Shown here piece by piece: positions 56,188 to 64,000 of a DNA stretch of 64,000 nucleotides (position 1 is its first letter; each line of letters starts with the position of its first letter). The notes below the pieces were generated by a model that was given only the letters and a program-made list of their open reading frames with translations, did no database searches and had not been told where the DNA came from. Location: positions 52,779 through 116,778 of the forward strand of contig JBCCJK010000001.1 in NCBI GenBank assembly GCA_039027815.1. The letters are read 5' to 3'. The translations under genes and the position numbers were made by a program. Source of the stretch: Verrucomicrobiota bacterium (GTDB lineage: Bacteria; Verrucomicrobiota; Verrucomicrobiia; Verrucomicrobiales; JBCCJK01).

Positions 56188-58584
56188 TTACTTGAAAACG
56201 GGAGCCACGGTTGCCCAGCGGTCTCGAAATTCCGGGTCATCCAAGGCCAACAACTGCGCTTCCAACAAGGCACCCTGCACTCCATGAGCCAGCAGGAAGC
56301 TGACATGAGCGGCCCGAAGCTGGAGCAGCTCCTCGGAGGAGGGGATTCGCCGAATGATGTCTTGACTCATGGCGGCCCAGTGGGCAGCCGGAACTTTCTC
56401 CACCGGAAAAGAGAGGCTTCGACCGGATAGAATGAACCGTAGTTCCCCTTCCTCGATCCGGACTCCCTCCATCCCCTCCGCGGCGATGGCTGTCTCACTC
56501 TTCATGAGTCGACCGCTATACCCATAACGCTTGAGAGACCCTTCCATGCCTTCGAGATAACCACCTGCTTCTTGAAAGAAGGACTCCAAGGTCGCCAGGG
56601 CAGCCTGGGCCTCTCGGCTTTCCGCTTCTCCCGCCTGCAAGACAGCCAAGGCCTCCCCCAGCCCCCAGTTTTCGGCATACGCAGCCACCGCCGCTTCCCA
56701 GGGATCTCGCAAGCCGGCCAATTCCTCCCGAACGGCTCTCGCCATGCGAGAGGCCTCCTTCTCGTTGGCGGCCTTTTGTTGTTCTTTGAGAGCCGACTCG
56801 AACGCAGACAAGGTCTCCCCAAGCTTCCGAGGAGCCGCTCCCTTGGTCAGCAATCGATTGTAAGCCGTCTTGAGCGCCGCGAACTCTTCCAGCGCCTCTT
56901 CCGGAGAAGCGGACAACTCGGCCTCCTCCCACTCCTCCAGGGTAACCGCGTCTTTGAGGTAAGGTTCTGCCAGGGCTTGAAATTTCCCGACCCAGGAATC
57001 GCTTCCCCCAAAGTCCGCTTCCGCAAAGGCAGCCAAAAAGGCTTCTCCTCGGAGAAATTGCTCCGCCTCCCAGCAATGGAGCCCGAGAGCGAGGAAAGCA
57101 AAACGGCGCAGGGAATCTGCTGGCAAAGAAGCGACGAGGTCCGGGTCCGGCAAGCCCCCTTCCAGAAGCTGTCGCTGGGTCCAATCCAAGAGGTCATAAA
57201 GACGGGCGTCCATGGCGGCTCCCGACTGGTTCACCGAGCGCAGCAGTTCGAGGTGCTTCATGGCGCCATCGCCGTCCCCGGACAGGTAAGCCGCCAGGGC
57301 CGCGTTCAAGGCCGCCCGGGCGGGAATCGGAGCGGAAGCTTCTTCGTCCCGGGCCAATTCTAAGGCTGCCTTTTCTGCCTCCTCGAACTGGCCGGCTAGC
57401 AAAAGCTCTTGGCTTTCAAGAAACTGGGCCCCGACCGCTCCGGAACGCTCGCGATCGACTGCCAGACGGGATTCACCCGAAGGGCCAGCCTGCCCTGGGC
57501 CTTCCTCCTTCTTCCCGCCTTGCACCAGAAGGACCGTCGCGAGGGCCCCGAGCAAGGCCACGCCCGCCAAGACCGGCAGCAGAGGAAAAGGACGCGCGGG
57601 CGCCTGGGACGGGGTGGCAGTCGTCGCCTCTTGGCCGCCGCCAGTGGAAGCGGCACTCAGCTGACCGCGCCCGCTTTGCTGGATGGCGCGGCGGGCCTCT
57701 CGGTAGCTTTGGTAGCGACCGTCAGGCGACCAAGCCATCATCTTCTCAATCGCTTTGGCCAAGATCAGAGGGACCGCTCGACGTTTCTCCCGGACCCGCG
57801 CAGGCTTCTTCTTGGCCTCGCGCAGCGCGCTGATGGAGTCGCTTCCCTCCTGGTGAGGAGGCTCTCCGGTCACCGCATGAAACAGCGTCGCCCCCAGGCT
57901 AAAAAGATCCGAGCGAAAGTCCTCTGGTTCGCCCTCCAGTTTCTCGGGCGGGACATAAAAGGGAGTCGCCCACAGCTCCTCCTGCTGGTCTTCTTCGGTG
58001 GCCGCCAGGAGAGCGAAACCGAAGTCCACGATCTTGGCCGAACCATCCGCTGCCATGAGAATATTGCCTGGCTTGATGTCGCGATGAATCAGGCCCTTTT
58101 CGTGAGCCGCGTTCAAGCCATCGATGAGATCGACCGCGATTGGAACCAGCTCCTTGGCCTCCAAGTGGCCTTTCTCTTCAATCAAATCATGGAGCGTCCC
58201 GCCGTCGATCAACTCCATCGCCACATAGTGCTTCCCGTCCGCTGACCCCGCCGAATAGACCTGGACCACGTTGGGGTGGCTGATGGAGGCGGTGATCCGA
58301 GCCTCCTTCTCGAGCTGGGTGACCCAGGACTCGTTTTTCGCGAACTCCGCCGAGAGGACCTTGAGCGCCAGCGTCCGCCCCAGGGTCTCGTCCTCGGCCA
58401 AGTAGACCTTGCTCAATCCCCCTTCCCCCAAAAGCGACTTCAAACGGTAGGGTCCCAACTGGGTGCGGGCCGTGAAGGCGTAGTCGCATTGAGGGCAAAC
58501 AATGTCCTCCAAAAGATCGCAGGCACTCAAGTCCAGCTCACATTGACAAGCCGGGCAGATTTCCAGCAGGGGAGAATTCGACAT
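56188..58584 (-). CDS. Ser/Thr protein kinase with N-terminal zinc ribbon, one TM and large C-terminal extracytoplasmic helical domain
   Basis: 798 aa. Zinc ribbon CPAC-x21-CPQC (in ICPACQCELDLSACDLLEDIVCPQCD). Hanks kinase motifs (GEGGLSKVY, ALKVL, HRDIKPGNIL, DFGFA). TM helix near FPLLPVLAGVALLGALATVLLV. Confidence 0.85.
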   Translation of the reverse strand: MSNSPLLEICPACQCELDLSACDLLEDIVCPQCDYAFTARTQLGPYRLKSLLGEGGLSKVYLAEDETLGRTLALKVLSAEFAKNESWVTQLEKEARITASISHPNVVQVYSAGSADGKHYVAMELIDGGTLHDLIEEKGHLEAKELVPIAVDLIDGLNAAHEKGLIHRDIKPGNILMAADGSAKIVDFGFALLAATEEDQQEELWATPFYVPPEKLEGEPEDFRSDLFSLGATLFHAVTGEPPHQEGSDSISALREAKKKPARVREKRRAVPLILAKAIEKMMAWSPDGRYQSYREARRAIQQSGRGQLSAASTGGGQEATTATPSQAPARPFPLLPVLAGVALLGALATVLLVQGGKKEEGPGQAGPSGESRLAVDRERSGAVGAQFLESQELLLAGQFEEAEKAALELARDEEASAPIPARAALNAALAAYLSGDGDGAMKHLELLRSVNQSGAAMDARLYDLLDWTQRQLLEGGLPDPDLVASLPADSLRRFAFLALGLHCWEAEQFLRGEAFLAAFAEADFGGSDSWVGKFQALAEPYLKDAVTLEEWEEAELSASPEEALEEFAALKTAYNRLLTKGAAPRKLGETLSAFESALKEQQKAANEKEASRMARAVREELAGLRDPWEAAVAAYAENWGLGEALAVLQAGEAESREAQAALATLESFFQEAGGYLEGMEGSLKRYGYSGRLMKSETAIAAEGMEGVRIEEGELRFILSGRSLSFPVEKVPAAHWAAMSQDIIRRIPSSEELLQLRAAHVSFLLAHGVQGALLEAQLLALDDPEFRDRWATVAPVFK

Positions 58585-58671
58585 AGGACGAGGTGGCTAT
58601 AAAAGGGAGAGCGGCCTCCTGCAATGATTCTCCCTCTAAAAAAAGGCGGCTGTCCCCCACTCGAGAGGGGG

Positions 58672-58748
<77 letters not shown>

Positions 58749-58779
58749 TTTCCGGATCGCCCGAAAAGCGAGAGCGCGA

Positions 58780-58808
58780 TGTATAGCGGCGGGCAGAAAT
58801 GCTCGCAA
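58780..58808 (-). promoter_or_regulatory. Candidate sigma70-type promoter for tRNA-Asp
   Basis: The minus strand reads TTGCGA (58808-58803), a 17-nt spacer, then TATACA (58785-58780). It is preceded by an A-tract (TCAAAAAAGC). The -10 element ends 31 nt upstream of the tRNA 5' end. Confidence 0.4.
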
Positions 58809-58836
58809 CCGCTTTTTTGATAGCCGCTCGCCCCGT

Positions 58837-59048
58837 CTCATACCAAGCTGCAGAATTGGCTGGTAGAATGGCCGAGTGGATTTCGGGCCAGACCAAGGCG
58901 CGGTGAGGGCGCGGTGCAGGCACCGTAACCGAGGAGCAACGCAGGGCTGGCTCGAAAGACACCGGCTCTCCCTTCCCCGCGCTTCAGCGCCTCTTCCTCA
59001 CAACACCTCCCCTCCATTCTTCCAGTGAATTCTGGAGGTTGGTATCAG
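58837..59048 (+). repeat. 212-bp MITE-like / structured repeat, copy 3
   Basis: 3 differences from the consensus. Lies between the TonB-dependent receptor stop (59051-59053) and the tRNA-Asp promoter. Its TCA triplet (59045-59047) is in frame with the receptor CDS. Confidence 0.9.
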
Positions 59049-59050
59049 GC

Positions 59051-61129
59051 TCAGAAAGTAAAGGTCGTCCGCACACCCGCCATGGCCGGGGTGCCGATCG
59101 ATCCGACCCCTCCGGGCAAGGTCACATTGCGATTGGTGAAATACTCCTCATCGGTCAAATTCTCACCGAAAAGGACGACCTCGAAGGCCTCCTGGGCGAA
59201 GCCCACTTGCGCGCTCACCAGGGCATAAGCTGGCTCCTCAGCCAGCGGTGTTTCCAAATCATCATACCAAGTGTCCCCCACTCCCCGCAGGCCAACCCGG
59301 GCAAAAACGCCGGAGGGGTGCTGGTAGCGGATTCCGAGGTAGGCGTCGAAGGCCGGGGCATAGGGCACTCGATTGCCCGTCAGGTCCGCGCCCGTGACCG
59401 GGTCACGATAACTCTCAAACTCGGTCTGATTCACCCCGACCGACAACTCAAACCCGAGGCCATCGAGAGCATTCCCTTGGTTGAAAGGAGTGAAATCCAC
59501 TTGCAGCTCGGCCCCGAGCGAACTGACTTCTTCCGCGTTGGCAATGAAGTAATCCGTGGCGCTGAATTGGCGCTCCACCTGATAGTCCTCGACCCAGTAA
59601 TGATAAGCGGTCAGGCCGGCTCGCAGCCGACCGTCGAGCAGCGTCCCCTGCACGCCGAATTCCACAAACCAATTCCGTTCGGTATCGAATTCAGCCAAAG
59701 CCTCCGAATTCGCAAAAGCGCTGTAGCCACCCAGTTTGTGCGCCACGCCAAAATTGCTGAAGACCGTCCACTCCTCGGAAGCTTCCAGAGTGAAGCCCGC
59801 TTTGGGACTGAACTCGGCAAAATCTTGCTCGGTCGCCAGATCGGGAATGCGGAAAGGAAGGAGAGGACTCGTTTTGGAGCGGTTGAGCGCCTTGTCGGCC
59901 AAGTCCACGCGGGCACCGAAGAAAACACGCAGGGCCTCGACCGGTCGGTAACCTGCCTCGCCGTAGAAAGCGATTGTCTCCTCTTCGATCCGGAAAGTGG
60001 TCGTCTCCTCCAGGGGCACGATCCCGAAAAGTGTCGGTAGACCGATCCCGGTCACTCCCACTCCCTCAGTGGCATTGCTCGAGAGAAAGAGCCCTCCGCT
60101 CAGATCGAAGTCCTCCTCCCCGGGGCGATAGCTGACCCGCGTTTCCGAAAGCCATCCGATCTGCTCTTGCTCGATCCCGGAAGAAAAGAAAGGCAGGGGA
60201 GAGAAATCGAGGTCGGACAAATACGGGCTGAGGTCCCAACCGCGTCGAGCCAGAACGGTCGAGAAGTCCCACTCCTCGCCTTCGTAGGCCACCCGAAGCG
60301 AGACTCGATTGGCCTCCCGCTCCATCAGGCCAGGCGTCCCGGAGGCCACCAGACCGAAGTCCGCGCTCGCGAGCGACTGCAATTCGGGCGCGCCATCCTC
60401 CCAGCGATCCCACCCCGCCTGCAGTTCGGCCTCCCAGCCTGGAGCCGCCTTCCAAAGAAGCGAGCCAAAAACCCCGCCCCGCTCCCGATCGCCTTCCCGA
60501 ATGCCGAGTGCGCTATTGCGAAGAAAGCCGTCTCGCTGCTCATACTGGCCTCCGATCTGGAGGAAAAGGGTCCCCGGAATCAAGGGACCTCCCACCCAAC
60601 CGCTGGCACCCAAAAGTTGGTAGGTCCCGGCCTCAGTGGAAAGTCGGCCACCCCAAGTATCGCCAGGACGCTCGGACTCGATCTCCACCACCCCGCCGTA
60701 AGCGCCCGCCCCGAAGCGAGTGGTTTGCGGGCCGGTCCAGACCCGGGCAAAACTGGCATTGTCCAAGCCCCCCACAAAGGTGGAGGCATCGAAGTAGGGC
60801 ACCCCATCGACGTAAAAGCTGAGCGCCGGATCGCTGAAAAACGGGGTATTCGAAAGGCCCCTCACGGAATAGACATCCCCGTAACCGACCGTCCCGGCAT
60901 CACTCGCAAAGACATTGGGCGCCAAGAAGGTCAAGTCCTCCAAGTCGGAGACCCCTTCCTTGTAAAGCGTGTCGCCCGGGATGGGGGAGGTCGTCGCGGC
61001 GTAATCAAAAAGAACCGAGGAACGGGTGGCCACCGCCACCACCGGATCCGCTTCCAGGATTTCTTGGGAGAATCCAGGCACAAGCGCACACAGCCAAAAG
61101 GAGAGAGTCAAGGGGAGGAGGTTTTTCAT
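59051..61129 (-). CDS. TonB-dependent outer-membrane receptor
   Basis: ORF 59051-61387 trimmed to the Met at 61129 (signal MKNLLPLTLSFWLCALVPGFSQE). Has a plug domain (VYSVRGLSNTPFFSDPALSFYVDGVPY), beta-barrel repeats and a C-terminal aromatic ...TTFTF. Confidence 0.85.
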   Translation of the reverse strand: MKNLLPLTLSFWLCALVPGFSQEILEADPVVAVATRSSVLFDYAATTSPIPGDTLYKEGVSDLEDLTFLAPNVFASDAGTVGYGDVYSVRGLSNTPFFSDPALSFYVDGVPYFDASTFVGGLDNASFARVWTGPQTTRFGAGAYGGVVEIESERPGDTWGGRLSTEAGTYQLLGASGWVGGPLIPGTLFLQIGGQYEQRDGFLRNSALGIREGDRERGGVFGSLLWKAAPGWEAELQAGWDRWEDGAPELQSLASADFGLVASGTPGLMEREANRVSLRVAYEGEEWDFSTVLARRGWDLSPYLSDLDFSPLPFFSSGIEQEQIGWLSETRVSYRPGEEDFDLSGGLFLSSNATEGVGVTGIGLPTLFGIVPLEETTTFRIEEETIAFYGEAGYRPVEALRVFFGARVDLADKALNRSKTSPLLPFRIPDLATEQDFAEFSPKAGFTLEASEEWTVFSNFGVAHKLGGYSAFANSEALAEFDTERNWFVEFGVQGTLLDGRLRAGLTAYHYWVEDYQVERQFSATDYFIANAEEVSSLGAELQVDFTPFNQGNALDGLGFELSVGVNQTEFESYRDPVTGADLTGNRVPYAPAFDAYLGIRYQHPSGVFARVGLRGVGDTWYDDLETPLAEEPAYALVSAQVGFAQEAFEVVLFGENLTDEEYFTNRNVTLPGGVGSIGTPAMAGVRTTFTF

Positions 61130-61145
61130 GAGCCCCTCCCTCCCG

Positions 61146-61178
61146 AAAAAGAGGTCTCGGGTCAACTGAAAAGACCTC
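61146..61178 (-). terminator. Terminator-like hairpin + T5 between repeat copy 4 and the TonB-receptor start
   Basis: The minus strand reads GAGGTCT-(14 nt loop)-AGACCTC then TTTTT, followed by CGGGAGGGAGGGGCTC-ATG. The stem is 7 bp, and its 5' arm starts with the last 3 nt of the repeat. Confidence 0.4.
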
Positions 61179-61387
61179 ATACCAAGCTGCAGAATTGGCT
61201 GGTAGAATGGCCGAGTGGATTTCGGGCCAGACCAAGGCGCGACCAGGGCGCGGTGCAGGCACCGTAACCGAGGAGCAACGCAGGCCTGGCTCGAAAGACA
61301 CCGGCTCTCCCTTCCCCGCGCTTCAGCGCCTCTTCCCCACATCACCTCCCCTCCATTCTTCCAGTGAATTCTGGAGGTTGGTATCAC
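61176..61387 (+). repeat. 212-bp MITE-like / structured repeat, copy 4
   Basis: 4 differences from the consensus. Contains the stop codon TGA (61384-61386) of the FtsX-type permease gene. Lies 46 nt upstream of the TonB-receptor start. Confidence 0.9.
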
Positions 61388-64000
61388 TCATTGCGTAAGA
61401 ACGGCAGCAAGCTCCGGCGAAAGGAAAGAGCCGTGGCCCAACGCGACGCCAGATACCCCCCCACCAAAACCAGCGCCATCACCAGGAGCACCAGCAGCCA
61501 AGGAAAGGCCCCCCGCGCCCCCAAGCCGGCCGGCAAAACAGCGATCAAAGCGGCCCCCGCCCCCAGAGCGATGCCCCAGGCCACCAGCCCAAAGTGCTCA
61601 TGGTGAACCAGCGCCTGAAGACGGGAACGCCTCACCCCCACCCCCTCCAGGAGCGCCAACTGCCCCCGGAACTCCACCACATTTCTGCGAAAGAGGACGA
61701 GAAAACCGACGCAAGCGAGCAACAACCCGAAGCCACCCAAAAGGAGAAACATCTTGAGGTAGGTGTTCTGGACCTCGGCGTAGGCCAACAAGCGGTCCCG
61801 GGTCGTGCTCACCTCAGCCCCGTAAGCCTCGAGCGCGCGGGAAAGCGAAGCCACACTCGCCGAAGACGCCTCCCCCCCTCCCACCAGAAAAACCCGATGT
61901 CCAGCTTCCGCGGGGAAGAGATCCTGGAAAACTTGTTCATCCAAAAGAAGCGCGCCTTGGAGAATGGACGTCGCCAAAAGACCCACGATTTGGAAGCGCA
62001 AGGTTTCCTCTCCGGCGGGCAGCTCCACGATTTCGCCAAGCGACTTACCCAGGGCCCAGAGAGCTGAGTTTTGGTCGACCACCACGGGAACGGCTCCCCC
62101 CGTCCCCGCTTCCCGCAGAAGCGACCAGGCCGCGGCCTCTCCCTCTGCCAGACTGCTCGAAAAGGCAAAAGCCCCGCGTTCTTCCAAAGCGCGCGAAGAC
62201 ACCCCGAGCAGCTGCGGTCGCCGAGCTCGCGCCAGGTTCAGGCAGCTCGCCTCATCGCCGGGCAAGAGTCGCATCGGCAGCCACTCGCCTTCCCGCGACA
62301 GCCCCAGCGCATCCCGTTCGAAAGGATCGCGCAAATCAGGAAAAACCGGGAGCGCCGTTTCCACAAAGAACCGGTAGCCCCCCGTCGGCCCACCAGGCCT
62401 GGCCGAATCCGCCTCGCTCAAGCTGATCCAAAAAGCCAGCACCGCAGCCACCATGAAAAAACCAAAAGCCGAGATTCCCAAGACGGCCAGCGCGCGGTCG
62501 GGCCGCCCTCGCACCAGCTGAAGCGTCCCTAGAAACGGCTTCCGCGGCTGACTGCGCCACCAACTCCGGGCCCCCAAGAGCGCACTCAGCAGGAGCAACA
62601 TCCCGCCGCCGTAAAAAGCCCCCGCTGCGGCCTCCCCCGTGGAGCCTCGACCCGAGAACAAAAGGCCAGCGGCCCCCAGCGCCAAGCCGGCCGCCAGCCA
62701 CCAGGACCAGCGAGCCGCGCCTGCTTTCTGGGGCTGGCTAGTGAGCGCGCCCCCATGCAAAAGCGCCACCAGAGAGAGCTGGCGCAGAAGCCTGAAAACC
62801 GACCAAGCCACCACCAAGAGCGCGGGCAGCCCGGTGGCCAGGGCCCCCGCCAGAAAGCTCGCTTGCGAGACCACCAGCGCCACCTCCATCCCGACGGTGG
62901 CCCCACTCCAGGCCCCATTCAGGCCGCTTAAAAAAAGCTGAGCCACCGGGGCCGCCAAAATCATCCCTAAGCCAACGCCCAGAAAAGCCACCAGCAAACC
63001 CTCCGCCACCAGCAAGCGGCCAATCTGCCATCGGGTGAAGCCAACCGCCGCCAGCAAGCCCAGCTGGCTCTGCCGCTGCTCCACCCCAAAGCGAAAGGTC
63101 AAGCCCACCAGAATGAGAGCGGCCGCCACCAGGAAGACACTCATCCCGGCGAAAAGTCCCCCGAAGTCCATGGCCTCCTCCGCTGCCGCCAGCAATTCCT
63201 CGGTGTCCTGCGTGAGAAAACCGAATTCCGCGGGATCGATCTCCCGCTGGATGGCTTGCCGCAGCCGCTCTTCATCGAAGTCTGCCTCCGCCACCCGCCA
63301 CTCCGTCAGTTGCCCGTAACGATTGCCCCACAACTCCCGCGCGCGGGCATAGGGGAGGAGTGCTTTGGGCGTTTCGCCCCAGGTCGTCCAGTAGTCTTCA
63401 TCTTGATCGCGAATGGCCGCTTCCTCAAAAGGAATCCCCGGGTCCCAATCGCGACAATTCTCCGTCCCCATGACGCCTGGAATGTCCGGCACCCAACCGG
63501 CCTGGAGACCCTCATCCTCCATCGCCACGATCGCCTCCACGACCGACTCGGCGCGTTCCTCGCGCAGCTTCCCGTCCTCCTGCACTGCGAAGAAACGCAT
63601 CTCGAGTTTGTCTCCTAGGCCCAGCTCCAAATCATCGGCCAACCACTGATTGATCACGATCCCCTCGGGCGAAATTCCCTCCGGCACCGGGCCCACCCCT
63701 GGCGGAGCGCTCGCTACGAGCGAATAAGGCGCCGCCTCCTCTCCTTTGGCCAAGGCGTTTGCCAGATAAGAAAAAGAAGCCTCTCCCTCAGGGAAAGTCC
63801 CGCGCAGCACCTGCTCCAAGGAGGCATCCAGGAAAAGACGTTGGCTTTGGATCCGAAGGGTGCTCCCGCGCCAGGCCGGCTCGAGCTTCAGCCCGAAGTC
63901 TTCCGGAGTTTGCACCTCGCGGAAGGTCTCGATCAGCCGCTGGCCCTCCTCCTGGGCGGTCGCAATCACATTGACCTGGCCCTCCAACTCCGCCAAGCGC
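61384..64000 (-). CDS. FtsX/MacB-type ABC transporter permease with duplicated FtsX domains (N-terminus outside window)
   Basis: At least 870 aa, open to the window edge. Two FtsX 4-TM modules (..LLAAVGFTRWQIGRLLVAEGLLVAFLGVGLG.. and ..LLEGVGVRRSRLQALVHHEHFGLVAWGIALG..), separated by large extracytoplasmic domains. Confidence 0.8.
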   Translation of the reverse strand, partial: RLAELEGQVNVIATAQEEGQRLIETFREVQTPEDFGLKLEPAWRGSTLRIQSQRLFLDASLEQVLRGTFPEGEASFSYLANALAKGEEAAPYSLVASAPPGVGPVPEGISPEGIVINQWLADDLELGLGDKLEMRFFAVQEDGKLREERAESVVEAIVAMEDEGLQAGWVPDIPGVMGTENCRDWDPGIPFEEAAIRDQDEDYWTTWGETPKALLPYARARELWGNRYGQLTEWRVAEADFDEERLRQAIQREIDPAEFGFLTQDTEELLAAAEEAMDFGGLFAGMSVFLVAAALILVGLTFRFGVEQRQSQLGLLAAVGFTRWQIGRLLVAEGLLVAFLGVGLGMILAAPVAQLFLSGLNGAWSGATVGMEVALVVSQASFLAGALATGLPALLVVAWSVFRLLRQLSLVALLHGGALTSQPQKAGAARWSWWLAAGLALGAAGLLFSGRGSTGEAAAGAFYGGGMLLLLSALLGARSWWRSQPRKPFLGTLQLVRGRPDRALAVLGISAFGFFMVAAVLAFWISLSEADSARPGGPTGGYRFFVETALPVFPDLRDPFERDALGLSREGEWLPMRLLPGDEASCLNLARARRPQLLGVSSRALEERGAFAFSSSLAEGEAAAWSLLREAGTGGAVPVVVDQNSALWALGKSLGEIVELPAGEETLRFQIVGLLATSILQGALLLDEQVFQDLFPAEAGHRVFLVGGGEASSASVASLSRALEAYGAEVSTTRDRLLAYAEVQNTYLKMFLLLGGFGLLLACVGFLVLFRRNVVEFRGQLALLEGVGVRRSRLQALVHHEHFGLVAWGIALGAGAALIAVLPAGLGARGAFPWLLVLLVMALVLVGGYLASRWATALSFRRSLLPFLRNE

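Noticed and set aside
58638-58671. Terminator after tRNA-Asp (minus strand CCCCC-TCTCGAGT-GGGGG ... TTTTTTT).
   Set aside because: The 5-bp stem is separated from the T7 run by 9 nt, and alternative pairings are weak. It is not a convincing intrinsic terminator.
58785-58819. Plus-strand hairpin GCGGGCA-GAAA-TGCTCGC followed by a T6 run (with a 6-nt AACCGC spacer), resembling a plus-strand terminator.
   Set aside because: No plus-strand gene ends here. The same bases are better explained as the UP-element/-35 region of the minus-strand tRNA-Asp promoter.
61130-61387. Riboswitch (e.g. cobalamin or TPP) in the leader of the TonB-dependent receptor.
   Set aside because: The leader is almost entirely repeat copy 4, and the same sequence occurs behind three functionally unrelated genes. 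No B12 box or TPP core could be aligned.

Overview
GC-rich, densely packed bacterial chromosomal segment. The gene content looks like the PVC superphylum, possibly Verrucomicrobiota, but that is inference only. About 55 CDS and 2 tRNAs are supported. Most genes are housekeeping: hflKC, murI, mdh, gmhA, malQ, bcp, argA, queE, gyrBA, nadA, lipA, recR. Several coherent modules stand out: a TetR-controlled RND efflux operon; a staphyloxanthin-like C30 carotenoid cluster (crtN-ALDH-crtP-acyltransferase); a LuxE/LuxC-like carboxylate-reduction operon with an Fe-alcohol dehydrogenase; a NatAB-like ABC exporter; a sucrose cluster (SPP-SPS-fructokinase-amylosucrase); and a zinc-finger-less ClpX paralog next to a zinc-ribbon Ser/Thr kinase. 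The main unexplained signal is non-coding. It is a 212-bp repeat that I cannot assign to a known family. It occurs four times, always the same length and on the same strand, at roughly 97-99% identity to the consensus, with 24-nt imperfect terminal inverted repeats and an interior rich in hairpins. In all four copies the same end lies on an in-frame stop codon of the upstream minus-strand gene. The copies also occur as two direct pairs, each bracketing a single gene (a nucleotidyltransferase; a TonB-dependent receptor next to tRNA-Asp). No CRISPR array, integrase, transposase or obvious defence island was seen. All coordinates and alignments were done by eye, with no database searches.
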